NCBI GenBank assembly: GCA_009859145.1
Contig: VRVR01000021.1
Coordinates: 133,507 to 197,506, forward strand
DNA: 64,000 nucleotides
Direction of reading: 5' to 3'
Origin: Andalucia godoyi And28
Lineage: Eukaryota; Protista; Jakobida
The notes below the pieces were generated by a model. The model saw nothing but the letters and a program-made list of their open reading frames with translations. It was not told where the DNA came from and did no database searches. Shown here piece after piece: positions 11,486-22,554 of the stretch. Position 1 is the first letter of the stretch. Each line of letters opens with the position of its first letter. Position numbers and translations under genes: made by a program.

Positions 11486-12470
11486 AGTTTTGAGGATGCA
11501 TTCGTGCGGACTCTTGTGCTCTGATGTTGCTGCATATGTATTTTTGAATGGTTTTTAATCATGTTTGTCTTGGGATGTTTCAAAATTATCGTCCCACTCC
11601 CCACACCTGTCGGTTTTGATTATCCAAGACGTGGGCTGGTTGGCCATTTCTTGGCGGGACTTTTACTTTCTTCTTTTTATTCTCTTCTTCTTCTTTTTTT
11701 TCTTGCCTCTATTATGTTAAACTACAGATTTTATCATCCTTCCTTACCTCCAATCCTGTGCAGCAGCAGCATGTTCAGGCACCGCAAGAAGCACGACGAG
11801 CGTTTTGCAGAGCGCGGACTGGCGTCACGACGGGAACATTTTATGAACGAATTCAAAGATGCATTGCTACACAACGCTTGCATTATACACTGAACATGCA
11901 TCCCGTTGCCGCGAAGGGGATCGGCCCCAACACGCCTCACGGCGCTCTTCAGATAAATGTTCCGCGCTCCGTTCCCAATCTCGATCAATCGGTGAGCCGC
12001 TTTCTCAGCGTGACACGTTGTTCCTGAGAAGGGTGCATTTTGATTCTGACGGTCTTAGCAGCAGGCGCTTTCGTGTCCTCAGTTGCAGCGATTGATGCAA
12101 CTGGAGATGCGAAAGGAAGAGGCGGTAGGCGTAGTGACACGCGGTCTCTGAGGAGGTCTGCGGGACCTAGGAGGCCCTGTATCACGAATTCCTGTGAAAC
12201 AATACGTGCTAGTGTCGGCCAGTATTGACCGTGTCTGGTTATGGATACTTCCGTATGCATGAAAATGACGTGTTATTATTCAACGGCAACAAGATTGCCC
12301 AACTTTCGCTGTTCATCCATGTGGGAGACCTTATGCGGTCCCATCTGTTGTAATGTTTGGCCGAAAAATGGGGGTGCTGGAAGTTGCATGCTCATCACGT
12401 TTTCTGTCAAAAGCCTCGACCGCGGTCTCGGTCCCGTTTTCTTGCTGTCATTCAGCATATCCCAACTCCA

Positions 12471-14033
12471 ATGGCACTCACTTCTGTCCAAGCGTTCAAG
12501 GGCCCTCTGGTGGCGGCTATCGATCAGGGCACGCAGTCTACCCGATTACTCGTTTTTGACTTGCACTCACTGTCTGTTGTTGCGTCTTCACAGTCCTCCA
12601 TTACTCAGCATGTTCTGCAGCCTGGGTGGTGCGAACACGACCCTGTGGAATTGTTCTCCAGTGTTGCCGCCTGCATGAAGGATGTTGCAGAGGCCATGTC
12701 TGTTGTCCAAGTCCAGAGGATACGCTGCGTGGGAATTACAAACCAGCGTGAAACGACAGTCGCCTGGGACAAGATAACGGGACTGCCTTTGTGCAAAGCG
12801 ATTGTCTGGCACGATACTCGAACCGCTTCTTTTGTGAGTGAACTGAAAGAGCGCGGATATGAATCGCTGATTCGAAGTCTCACCGGGCTTCCCGTTTCGA
12901 CGTATTTTTCTGGACTCAAGATGCGCTGGATGCTTGAGAACGATCCCGAAGTTCGAAAAGCTGCCGATGAGCATCGTCTGGCCTTTGGAACTGTTGATTC
13001 GTGGCTAGTGTACAAGTTGACGGGAAAGCATGTTACAGATACATCCAACGCCAGTCGAACAATGCTAATGAACATTCATCACTGCAACTGGGATGAGCAG
13101 CTGTTGAAATTGTTCGATGTACCCTTGAAATCGCTTCCGGAGATTATTCCTTCATGCTTTCACATGGAAACCGTCCGCATTTCACTCGAGAATTGCGCCT
13201 TTTCGTCAATACCGATTTCAGGCATTCTTGGGGACCAGCAGGCAGCTGCCCTTGGGCAGAACTGCCTCCTTCCTGGTGTTATCAAGAATACTTATGGAAC
13301 AGGATGTTTTATGATGTCTCACATCGGTCGAACACTGCCTCTCATGAACCACGATGACCCGTTGATTGCTACAGTCCATTTCAGTGTTGGAAAAAAGGAG
13401 AATGTGTATTTTGCATTGGAAGGTGCGGTTGCCTCTGCAGGCTCTTCGGTTTCTTGGCTCGTGGACAACATCAAGTTGATTGGGTCTCCTGCAGAATCGG
13501 AAGTGGTTGCTTCTTCTGTCCCCGATTGCGGAGATGTCTATTTTGTTCCGGCGCTTTCTGGATTGTTTGCGCCGTATTGGAAGCCAGATGCAAGGGGCTG
13601 TTGGGTTGGTCTTTCGCAGTACACGACTCGAAGCCATCTGGTTCGATCTGTATTGGAAGGGGTCGCCTTGCAGTGTGCTGCCATCATCCATTGCATCCAA
13701 TGCAAATGTGGGCAGGATGGAAAATCTCAGACTATGGTTCTTAAAGCCGACGGGGGAATGACCACAAACAGTTTGCTTATGCAGATGCAAGCTGATTTTT
13801 CCGGAGTTGAGGTGGAATGTGCCAAAATGGCAGAGGCAACCGCTCTTGGTGTTGCACTGGCTTCGGCACTCGGATTTGGACTTTTTGATAGTATTGAGCA
13901 AATTTCAGACGTGTTGACTGCTGCCAGTAATGAAATTCGCCGGTTTTCTCCGCGCACGAATGCAGAAGAGCGCACTTACAAACTCAGCCGATGGGAAGCT
14001 GCTGTTCACAGGTCATTTGATTGGAAGTCATGA
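12471..14033 (+). CDS. GK: Glycerol kinase (FGGY family)
   Basis: IDQGTQSTR, GITNQRET, VWHDTRT, YFSGLK, FGTVDSWL, TDTSNASRTML, GDQQAA, KNTYGTGCF, VPALSGLFAPYW, DGGMT and EATALG motifs. Confidence 0.97.
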   Translation: MALTSVQAFKGPLVAAIDQGTQSTRLLVFDLHSLSVVASSQSSITQHVLQPGWCEHDPVELFSSVAACMKDVAEAMSVVQVQRIRCVGITNQRETTVAWDKITGLPLCKAIVWHDTRTASFVSELKERGYESLIRSLTGLPVSTYFSGLKMRWMLENDPEVRKAADEHRLAFGTVDSWLVYKLTGKHVTDTSNASRTMLMNIHHCNWDEQLLKLFDVPLKSLPEIIPSCFHMETVRISLENCAFSSIPISGILGDQQAAALGQNCLLPGVIKNTYGTGCFMMSHIGRTLPLMNHDDPLIATVHFSVGKKENVYFALEGAVASAGSSVSWLVDNIKLIGSPAESEVVASSVPDCGDVYFVPALSGLFAPYWKPDARGCWVGLSQYTTRSHLVRSVLEGVALQCAAIIHCIQCKCGQDGKSQTMVLKADGGMTTNSLLMQMQADFSGVEVECAKMAEATALGVALASALGFGLFDSIEQISDVLTAASNEIRRFSPRTNAEERTYKLSRWEAAVHRSFDWKS

Positions 14034-14774
14034 AGAGTATTATTTTAAACGGAAGCATGCGTTTAGCATTTCCCCCTTTGATGTTCTTTTTTATCGTCTC
14101 ACCCACCATTCTTAACGGTTTTGGCCAGATTCGCCAGCATCGAAGCCGAACAAAACAACAAACAGAAAAACGAAAAAAAAAGAGAAGAAAGAAAACAGAG
14201 CAGACGGAAACAAATACGGGCTTTCACGAGTTTGCCAATTCAAAAAAAGAACCAGGCAAATTCGTGGAACCGTGAGTGTCCCTCGTGATCGACACTCCGC
14301 TATTGTTTGTGCTATGCGCTTCTCCATCATGACCATCAGCGTCGTCGTCGTCGTCTTCTTCCGTCCCATCAGACGTATCCTGCTCCCGACGCAACCACTG
14401 CGGCCATTTGGGTCAATACGCATGGTTGCGGAGTTCGGGATCCTTCGTCTTTGAAAGGGGGAACCGTTCATGCCTGCAAGAACCATAGAGCTAAGGAACG
14501 AAGTGCTGGTGGAATACCAAAAAGGAAAAGATTGTGAGAGGAGCATTTCGTCTGCTGCGTGTCGGCGTCGCCAACGCGAAGGAAGAAACAAGACCACGAA
14601 GAAAGAAAGATGGAAACCGAGGTTCCTGTTTGCACGGAGGCTCGTTCAAACCTTTTTTGTTCAAACGTATGTTTTATAAAATTAAATACTACACTTGCTG
14701 TTACCTGTGGAGAGTGTGCGGAAAAACCGACAAGAGTGGTGGGTGGGACGATAACAAAAATACAAACCTCTTCC

Positions 14775-16121
14775 TTATCTCGGAAAGGTACTCCCAATCC
14801 TTTCTCGATCGACAGCCCCTGATGCAGGCATTCGGGAACGCCGTTGAGAAGAACTCTCAATCATTAAATTCGAAGAAACTTCGTGATTGATAACACGAAA
14901 TGTTGGCTCATCACTCAACGAGCGACTTGACCCGGAAACGGACATTCGATCAGGACTCTTCACCACAACGGGAAAGGAATCCTGAAGCACTATGGGCTTC
15001 ATATGGAATGCCGGACGGAATTTGGCAGGACGCGGGTCACCAATATTGGAGGCTTTTCTTGGGCTGAACTGCGCTTCCGTTGTTGCTTTTGGTGATTTGA
15101 TGGTAGGAATGTCAAGATCTTTGCGAGAATTGTTAGGATACAGTAAATTATGGCCAGTCACTACATCAACGCTGCCGACAGCAGAGGTATCCGGTTGCAA
15201 ATCACCACCTCCTCCGTCACCCATAAAACGAGCTGAAGTTTTGTTCAATTCGCCGTCAACAATCTTGTTGCGAAAGAAGCCAAATTGCGTACCTATACGC
15301 ACGATTGTCGCGAAGGCTTTCAACACCCTTTCCCACTCTTCTTCTCTTAACTTGCGAATAGCAGACGCTTCACCAATGAAGTCTCTTGCTGATTTTGCCG
15401 CCAGCGATCGGCTGCTTCCAACCAATTTCTTCCGTCGAGGACTGGCGGAAGGATCCTCAACCTCCATATTCTGCAGAGCAGACAGAGACCTTGTGAAATG
15501 ACTGGCAACATCAAGTAGTGATTGAACAGTATCGGCGGCTGTACTGGAACAAGTGTCGTTGCACACAATAGGAGATCGCATTGGAAACTCCTCCATCGTG
15601 GGTTTGCCCTGTGCCAACGCACCTTCGGAATCAGATCGGCAATCGACGGATGGAACCAAAATATCACAACAACATTCAGCATCCTTTGATTTTGAATCTT
15701 CTGTCTGCGTTCCTTTTGAGGCGTGCGTGGGCATTCGGATGGCGGGATGCAAATCAGCAGAAAGAGGTGGAATGACATGATTGACATCCCTTGGGCTCTC
15801 AACAGGCTTGGAGCCAACGTCTATGTCCAAACTTCTTCTGGCAACCGCCTTGTCCGAAAAGAAACTGCTTAAATCCGAGTGGTTCAGCAGTTTTGATTTG
15901 AGCGACTGCTCTCTGTTCAAGCGAACCAGATCCTTGTCTTTCGAAGAAAGGAAGGTTTCTTCAGATTGCTTGCTCTCCGAGGAAAACAAACAGTCAATCA
16001 TCTTTTTCACCAACATATCCAATTTTGATCTCTGGCGACGGATCTCGTCCACAAGTTTCTCAAACGGTTGTTCATGTTCATCGTCATCGTCATTTGCGCT
16101 GTCTGCAAAACTATCTACCAT
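14775..16121 (-). CDS. Hypothetical protein (448 aa)
   Basis: Long ATG ORF with two helical segments and Ser-rich linkers; no family recognised. Confidence 0.78.
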   Translation of the reverse strand: MVDSFADSANDDDDEHEQPFEKLVDEIRRQRSKLDMLVKKMIDCLFSSESKQSEETFLSSKDKDLVRLNREQSLKSKLLNHSDLSSFFSDKAVARRSLDIDVGSKPVESPRDVNHVIPPLSADLHPAIRMPTHASKGTQTEDSKSKDAECCCDILVPSVDCRSDSEGALAQGKPTMEEFPMRSPIVCNDTCSSTAADTVQSLLDVASHFTRSLSALQNMEVEDPSASPRRKKLVGSSRSLAAKSARDFIGEASAIRKLREEEWERVLKAFATIVRIGTQFGFFRNKIVDGELNKTSARFMGDGGGGDLQPDTSAVGSVDVVTGHNLLYPNNSRKDLDIPTIKSPKATTEAQFSPRKASNIGDPRPAKFRPAFHMKPIVLQDSFPVVVKSPDRMSVSGSSRSLSDEPTFRVINHEVSSNLMIESSSQRRSRMPASGAVDRERIGSTFPR

Positions 16122-16743
16122 TAACGAATCAGTGAATGAAGAGCGATGCTCCAGCCACTCTGAAAGCTCTTCCAGGACGTGTTGCCTGTCATTTCCCCAA
16201 CGATCCTTCTGTCACACCGTAGTGAAGGAAAATAAAACGTTTTCGTCAGAACCGGAGATCAGCATTGAGACAAAAAGCAAAACTCAAAAAAAAATAATAA
16301 AAAAGTACGTACGCGAAACGTTCGAGAGGACATTTCGGTTCCTGGATGAAACTTTGAGGTCCGCGGGATAGCTGGGCCACTCTTCTGCTGCTCGTTGTTA
16401 CTTACCACTTCCAAAATACAAATACATAAGAATAATTAAAAAGAGTAAAAGACCAAGGCTGTTTCACTGCAGACATCGAAATCCCCAGAGGAAAAAGAAA
16501 AAAGAATGCGATTCCCCCCGACGTTTTTTTGCCCGAAAGGTAGCATCAACCGGTTTCCGACGCTTCCCGTTTTGGCAACAGGACCACAGGATTCAGCACA
16601 TTTTCCGATTTCGACTTTTATTTTATTTTTTGTTGCCACGCACGCACCTAGTCCCCTTGCGACAAAACCTGTTTTTGTTTTATAATAGTTTCTCTCCCGT
16701 TTTTTCGTCAGGACTGTGTAATTCTTTGCGCAAGCAATTAAAA

Positions 16744-17001
16744 ATGGGGCGCAAGGACGCAAGTTACCGCAAAAGCATGGGGATATTCTGTGACCTTCGA
16801 AAGGGAATGACGGACTGTCCTTGGGTTAAAGATCTCTCCGATGATGAAATTCAGATTGTGTGCTTGCGAATTTGCGAGAATTCTTCCGATGACGACGATA
16901 TGGACACTCTTCAGAAGACGATTATCAACGAATTGAAGAGAGTTCACGATGAACGACTTGCTCGTGAATCTGCTGCTCAAGTGAAGCTGCCATCATCGTA
17001 A
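16744..17001 (+). CDS. Small hypothetical protein (85 aa)
   Basis: ATG after AAAA; helical acidic sequence (MGRKDAS...KLPSS); fits the divergent/convergent arrangement of its neighbours. Confidence 0.55.
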   Translation: MGRKDASYRKSMGIFCDLRKGMTDCPWVKDLSDDEIQIVCLRICENSSDDDDMDTLQKTIINELKRVHDERLARESAAQVKLPSS

Positions 17002-17095
17002 CGGACGCCCAATCGGACAGTGCGTCCGGCCACGAAGCGGGCAGCGTGAAGAATCGCAGCCTCAGTTCCGTTAAGTTTACGCAAATAAATGTTAC

Positions 17096-18052
17096 CTAAG
17101 ACTTACTGCCTTTGTCGTTGTCGAACACAACGGGGCTTGCAGATGTCATATGAGTGACGACCTGCTGTTGCAGCCAGCTGCAGAAATCGTATTTTGACTT
17201 CGAGTGTCGTGCTCCGTTCGCATCAATTTCTCGAATAGGCAGAACGAGTCGCGAAGTGGACGTAATGAAGCATTCATCCCAGCGATCGACGTCATTCGGA
17301 ATATTGAGAAACTTGTCATAAATAACAGGAATTCCAAATTCAGAGCATATCTCAAGAACGAGCTTGCGCACCGTGCCATCCAGGACTTCTGAAGAGGTGA
17401 AGACCGAAGCTCTGCTTTGTATGGACGACACTCTGTCGACATCCTTGTACAAAACTGCGTAGAAATTCGATGACAAGCCCTCAGTGACATTTCCGTGACC
17501 GTCACTGAGCAACAATTCATTTACATCCGGAGACATGCTCTTCTCAAGAACCTGGCGATCCACAACCCACTGAGAATCCTTTGCCTTTGCATTGTTACGG
17601 GGATTCCCTTTCACTTGTACGCACACAGGCTTTTCAGGACGACTTGGAAGTGGCGAGAAATGAGCATGCAGATCGTAAGCAAAAGGTTCATTCTCAAAAG
17701 TGGAGTCGAAGTTCCACGTCAGTAAAACCGTTATTTTCAAGTCTTCTGTGCATCCAGGCCTCGCTGTATGTCGAAACACTTGATTTCCGATCTGAAACGT
17801 TCTCCGAATTGCAGGCTCCAACAATTCATACGAAGTGATAGGATAGAATCGATCAAGATGCTGCAGACTTTCGGGAAGCATGAGTCGTGCAGACTCGGCC
17901 GTCCTTCTGACATGTTGTTCGTACTCGAAAACTCTGTTTATCTGAAATGTCCGACACGCAGTATATGCGCCACGCGGCAACTGCGTTAGAAAATCCTTTG
18001 CGGACAATGACGATATTTCGGCGAGAAAGTTTCGCACCACGACGTTAGACAT
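17096..18052 (-). CDS. Class IV aminotransferase-like PLP-dependent enzyme (D-amino acid aminotransferase / ADC lyase fold)
   Basis: GAYT, NAKAKDS (candidate PLP lysine), ELLL...TEGLSSNF, VLDGTVRKLVL and ECFITSTSRLVLPI motifs. Confidence 0.85.
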   Translation of the reverse strand: MSNVVVRNFLAEISSLSAKDFLTQLPRGAYTACRTFQINRVFEYEQHVRRTAESARLMLPESLQHLDRFYPITSYELLEPAIRRTFQIGNQVFRHTARPGCTEDLKITVLLTWNFDSTFENEPFAYDLHAHFSPLPSRPEKPVCVQVKGNPRNNAKAKDSQWVVDRQVLEKSMSPDVNELLLSDGHGNVTEGLSSNFYAVLYKDVDRVSSIQSRASVFTSSEVLDGTVRKLVLEICSEFGIPVIYDKFLNIPNDVDRWDECFITSTSRLVLPIREIDANGARHSKSKYDFCSWLQQQVVTHMTSASPVVFDNDKGSKS

Positions 18053-18442
18053 GAGATCCCCCCCTTTTTTGTTTACGGCTTTTATCTGCGCCCGAAAGAT
18101 AAACACGCAGACAGATACTCGAGCACGTTTTGCAATTTTCTTTGTTCGAAACGATTCGAATCAATTGTGATTTGCGTGGGTCGAGTGAGTCCGTTTTCTC
18201 GCCAGTTCGCTACGGAAGTTAACAGAACACGTCGAAAATGTCGGGCACCGTCTCACGAGAGAGAACCACCGACCTTCAGTATTTGAGCTTTCTTTCTAAC
18301 AAATTTGGAACGGCCACAATGGTCGTGACGCAAGAGGGAGTCCGAAGAGGCGGACGAGGATGAAATGTGCAGCACAAAAATGAATGGCAATTTCTTTTTA
18401 GAGTGCGCAAATGCGAAAAGCACAGCCACTGGAAAATTGTTC

Positions 18443-20188
18443 TTATCGTCGTTGAGAAGCTGGCAACAACGAATTCCGATCATCATCTGTGACTTCTTCC
18501 TCGTCTTCCTGTTCATCACCTTCACTGGCATTAGAACCCACACCTGGCAGAGACCCAATTGTAGCGGCTGCATCCGAAGGATCCTGCAGTGGTGAGGAGG
18601 CGTCGTCGTTCAACCGAGCAATTGGTTCGTGATCATTATTCGACGAGGACGCAGACTCGTCAATTGGCTGCTGTTGTTCGTCCCGCAGCCGAGCATTCAA
18701 GACGTCTCTTGTTTCTGCAGACACCTCCCCGGTTGAAACCATGATGATCAGCTTTGGATCAGGTCTGAAATACAGACCAACAAACGCAAACAAAAACAAG
18801 AGAAGTCCTTCTCGCAAAGCAAGAACAAGCCAATCCTGTCGCCAGGTGAGAAATGCAAACTCGATGAACACAAGGATGATCGGCAATACAAGATAAACCA
18901 AGAATGCCCAACGGAATGCACGAAACTTATGCAATCGATGTCGAAGCTGTCTTTGAACATTGCGCCAAGCGGCAGATTCCATATACATCGATCGCAATCG
19001 TTCAATGTTCGCATTCATTGAAACTATGATGCCAAACGTAATCAAGAATGAAATTACGGAATACGCAAGAACGTAGCCGGAGCATAAGGGCACTGCATCA
19101 TCTGGGACAGATGATGACGGAGACTGAGACGCGGAGGTCGCAATATTCGAATTATGAGGAGAAAGACGGGGTTGCCCTGCTGCACACATTGCATACAAAA
19201 ACCGGAAGAATGCATAAAGTCCAAACGAAACGATGCACAGCCTCTTTTCACGCTCATGAAGAGTCTGTCGCGTAATCGACCATCCCGTTGAAATCAAGAA
19301 AAGCATGAGCGAAAACAGACAGTCTGAACAAACTCGAAACAGTCTCTCCACAGCATCCTCAAACAGAGAAACTTTTCCCTTCTCGGAAAGTGTAAGGTAG
19401 ACAGAAAAGGTGACGATGAGTTCAAGACACTTAAAAGCAAATGCGCCACACAAGAACCAGTGAATACGAAGCATGTATGGCCTGAAAAACCCAATAGAAT
19501 ACACAGTAAACAGGACAAACATTGTCAAATAGGCGAAGAAATAAAGAAGCGAAACCGGCAGCATGGGAATGTCTTCGAGAGACAGATGCTGTCCATTCGG
19601 ATTCAACAGTGTCAGTGTCCCCTTCACGTACACTCCTGAGGAAGCCGACGGACAGTTCTGTGCAAGAACAACATATCTTGCATTCACAAGAATTGCATCT
19701 GGCGGAGTTTGAATATTGAGTGCTCCCTGACTGGATGCAGCCCTAATCTGAGCACTGGATGCTGTGAGCATCTGTGCTTGCGCAAGAGAATGATTCAACG
19801 CAATCTGCGGATCGTCTTTCAACATTAATTGAAGCAGAGCTGGATCAAAGAAAGATCCTTCTTGCACAAATTGCGCAGTGAACGTGGAAGGCATGAATCC
19901 GCATGGACGGCCGCCCATGCTGGCCTTCCCCACAATCCGCTCCAGCCTGATATCTGTCCAGTAATGCTCTGGCATAAGCAGAATATCCACGATTTCTCCG
20001 TCGGAAAGGCCAGACACAGTCAGGGACGCCGAAAAAGATCCTCCAGGAAGAAAGCCATATGCAGGGATTGGAAGAATCGTTGTGATTGCAGATCGGTCAG
20101 AGAGCGGATAATTGATTTCAAAGATGAGCCCGCGGGAAGCCGTGAGTGACACCGACAACGCAAGAAAAACATGCAAAAGCCTTTGCAT
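18443..20188 (-). CDS. GOST / lung seven-transmembrane family protein (GPR107/GPR108/GPR180-like)
   Basis: Signal peptide, luminal domain ending LLNPNGQHLSLED, seven hydrophobic segments, LISTGWSITR motif, YFRP after TM7, acidic tail with a DxxxLL motif. Confidence 0.8.
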   Translation of the reverse strand: MQRLLHVFLALSVSLTASRGLIFEINYPLSDRSAITTILPIPAYGFLPGGSFSASLTVSGLSDGEIVDILLMPEHYWTDIRLERIVGKASMGGRPCGFMPSTFTAQFVQEGSFFDPALLQLMLKDDPQIALNHSLAQAQMLTASSAQIRAASSQGALNIQTPPDAILVNARYVVLAQNCPSASSGVYVKGTLTLLNPNGQHLSLEDIPMLPVSLLYFFAYLTMFVLFTVYSIGFFRPYMLRIHWFLCGAFAFKCLELIVTFSVYLTLSEKGKVSLFEDAVERLFRVCSDCLFSLMLFLISTGWSITRQTLHEREKRLCIVSFGLYAFFRFLYAMCAAGQPRLSPHNSNIATSASQSPSSSVPDDAVPLCSGYVLAYSVISFLITFGIIVSMNANIERLRSMYMESAAWRNVQRQLRHRLHKFRAFRWAFLVYLVLPIILVFIEFAFLTWRQDWLVLALREGLLLFLFAFVGLYFRPDPKLIIMVSTGEVSAETRDVLNARLRDEQQQPIDESASSSNNDHEPIARLNDDASSPLQDPSDAAATIGSLPGVGSNASEGDEQEDEEEVTDDDRNSLLPASQRR

Positions 20189-20581
20189 TCTATTCTTTAG
20201 ACACGAGGCAGTCTTTTCAATCTTAATATTCCCCCTGTACGCGAAACACAGCCTCTTCAGTCTTCATCTTTTGCCATTGATTTTCTCGCAGCTGCTTTTG
20301 AAGATGCGCCATTTCCCCCCCATGCAGGTTTCCGTTTTTCGCAGTGGATTCGGAAAGCATTTGATGCTATCGACGTGACGCAAATGGTGGCGGGAGAAAA
20401 CTTTCCTCTTCTGGAGTTCATCGGGAACGTCGCTTTCCGCTTCCCGATTCCAGTGAATCTTCGTTGTCGCTGCAGCAGCCATACAAAACTTTATTGTTGA
20501 TAAAATCGCTTTGTTGACAGTGTTTGGTTTCATTTGCCCAAAAAAAAGTGAAAAGAGAAGAAGAGAAGAAGAGAAAGTCAG

Positions 20582-20706
<125 letters not shown>

Positions 20707-20721
20707 AAGAAAAACACAACA

Positions 20722-22296
20722 ATGAAACATGCGAAACGGCTGGCGGTTTTCTGCTTGTTTTCATTGATGTTGTTATGCTCGATTGATATGTCGACAGCGG
20801 CGGATGACCACATCGTGCAGACCACCGCGGGACCCGTTCGTGGAACTACTGGTCCAGGATACGTTCGCTGGTCTGTTCCGTACGGGGAGCCGCCTGTACA
20901 AGGGCTTCGGTGGAGGCCTCCGGTTGCTCGGTCGTCTTGGGCGCCGTCTGTTTTTGATGGTACTCAGTTTCTGGATGGATGTCCACGGCTTTTTGCTTCC
21001 GGCTCTGTATCGGGAAGCGAAGACTGCTTGAATCTTGTTATTTGGGCGCCTACGGATTATGCAGCGAAGTCCTATCCAGTTTTGTGGTGGGTGCACGGCG
21101 GTGGTTTTACCGGAGGGTCTGCAAAATACTTGTCGTATCATGGGGATTTTCTTGTGAATTCCACGAAGGGAATGGTGGTTGTGACCGTCAATTATCGACT
21201 TGGAGTTCTGGGTTGGCTTGCTTCACCTGGATTGTTTGAAGGAAACTACGGCTTCATGGATCAACTTCTTTCTCTTCAGTGGGTACAAGAAAACATCAGG
21301 AATTTTGGAGGAGACCCCACTAGAGTGACGATCGACGGACAATCGGCCGGGGGAATCAGCGTCGGCCTTCATTTGGTCAGCCCTGCTTCTCGTGGTCTTT
21401 TTCACCAAGCAATCATCCAGTCCAATCCGTTTGCAATGCGCTTCCGTACCGGAGAGGAGAATCTGGGGATGAACGAATTGCTGGCCATTCGTTTAGGATG
21501 TTCGACTATTCGAGATCGAAGCTGCCTTTATAACAAAACGGTTGATGAAGTCCTTGTTGCTCAGCAAAAGGATTTATGGTTGCCGGATCCGCTGGACTTT
21601 CGAGACGAGCTTCCTTTCCAACCCACTCTGGATGGCCGACTGGTCCCCGGACAGCCTTTGGAGCTTCTTGAAGGTGGACAAGGTTTGGATATCCCAATTA
21701 TCATGGGCGATGTCAAGAATGAAACGTTGGGATGGGTCTACGAGGATCCAGTTGGACTTCCGAAGATATCCTGGGCATTCATGCTGGACCTGCTCACGTC
21801 GAATCGTTCTGAAGTGCAGGAAATATTGAACATCTATGGGGCTACAGAAGACAGCCGCGTGGTTCTAAGCAGGGCATCGGCAGACTTTTTCTTCAACTGC
21901 GCTACACGTCGAGCGCTGCTTGCTTTATCGAGATACAACAAAGCCCCTCTTCGCTGGTATGCATTTCTTCATTCTCCACAATACGATCCGGAAAATAAGG
22001 CTCCACAGTGTAGCCCCTTTGGCCTAGGAGGAGTCTGTCATGGTGCGGACCTTGTGTATGTTTTCCATACTCTTTCCGAGTGGAACCACCACTTCACTCC
22101 GGAAGAAGAAGTGCTGAGTTCGACGATGATGAATCTGTGGGCAGATTTTGTTTCAGGGTCCGATACGCTTTCATTCGCATGGCCATTGTTTTCTGCCGAC
22201 ACGACCGACATGTTGGCATTTGACACGAACGGCGTGTTCGTGCTCCAAAATCACCAGCAGATGGAGTGCCAATTGTGGGATCAACTTGGATATTAA
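20722..22296 (+). CDS. Secreted type-B carboxylesterase (cholinesterase-like alpha/beta hydrolase)
   Basis: Signal peptide; PYGEPP, SEDCLNL, WVHGGGF, NYRLG, NIRNFGGDP, GQSAGG (nucleophile), NE and HGADL triad motifs. Confidence 0.95.
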   Translation: MKHAKRLAVFCLFSLMLLCSIDMSTAADDHIVQTTAGPVRGTTGPGYVRWSVPYGEPPVQGLRWRPPVARSSWAPSVFDGTQFLDGCPRLFASGSVSGSEDCLNLVIWAPTDYAAKSYPVLWWVHGGGFTGGSAKYLSYHGDFLVNSTKGMVVVTVNYRLGVLGWLASPGLFEGNYGFMDQLLSLQWVQENIRNFGGDPTRVTIDGQSAGGISVGLHLVSPASRGLFHQAIIQSNPFAMRFRTGEENLGMNELLAIRLGCSTIRDRSCLYNKTVDEVLVAQQKDLWLPDPLDFRDELPFQPTLDGRLVPGQPLELLEGGQGLDIPIIMGDVKNETLGWVYEDPVGLPKISWAFMLDLLTSNRSEVQEILNIYGATEDSRVVLSRASADFFFNCATRRALLALSRYNKAPLRWYAFLHSPQYDPENKAPQCSPFGLGGVCHGADLVYVFHTLSEWNHHFTPEEEVLSSTMMNLWADFVSGSDTLSFAWPLFSADTTDMLAFDTNGVFVLQNHQQMECQLWDQLGY

Positions 22297-22554
22297 TACG
22301 TAAGTAAACGATTGCTTTGTTTAAAAATTGGTGAAAGTGTCACAATCCAACAACAAGCAGAAACTTGGAGTGCAGCAATTTGATTCGAGGTGGGAGGGAC
22401 AAAGCAACGGGGCATATTTCTTTATTTGCGAGTACTCCGCAAAGCCATGCTACACATGGTTGTACCATTGATGCGCCACGATCATTATCCAGGTGTCGGT
22501 GCAATCGAAAAAAAGAGGGCACTGAAAAGGAGATAAAACACTGTTGTCAAGAAC

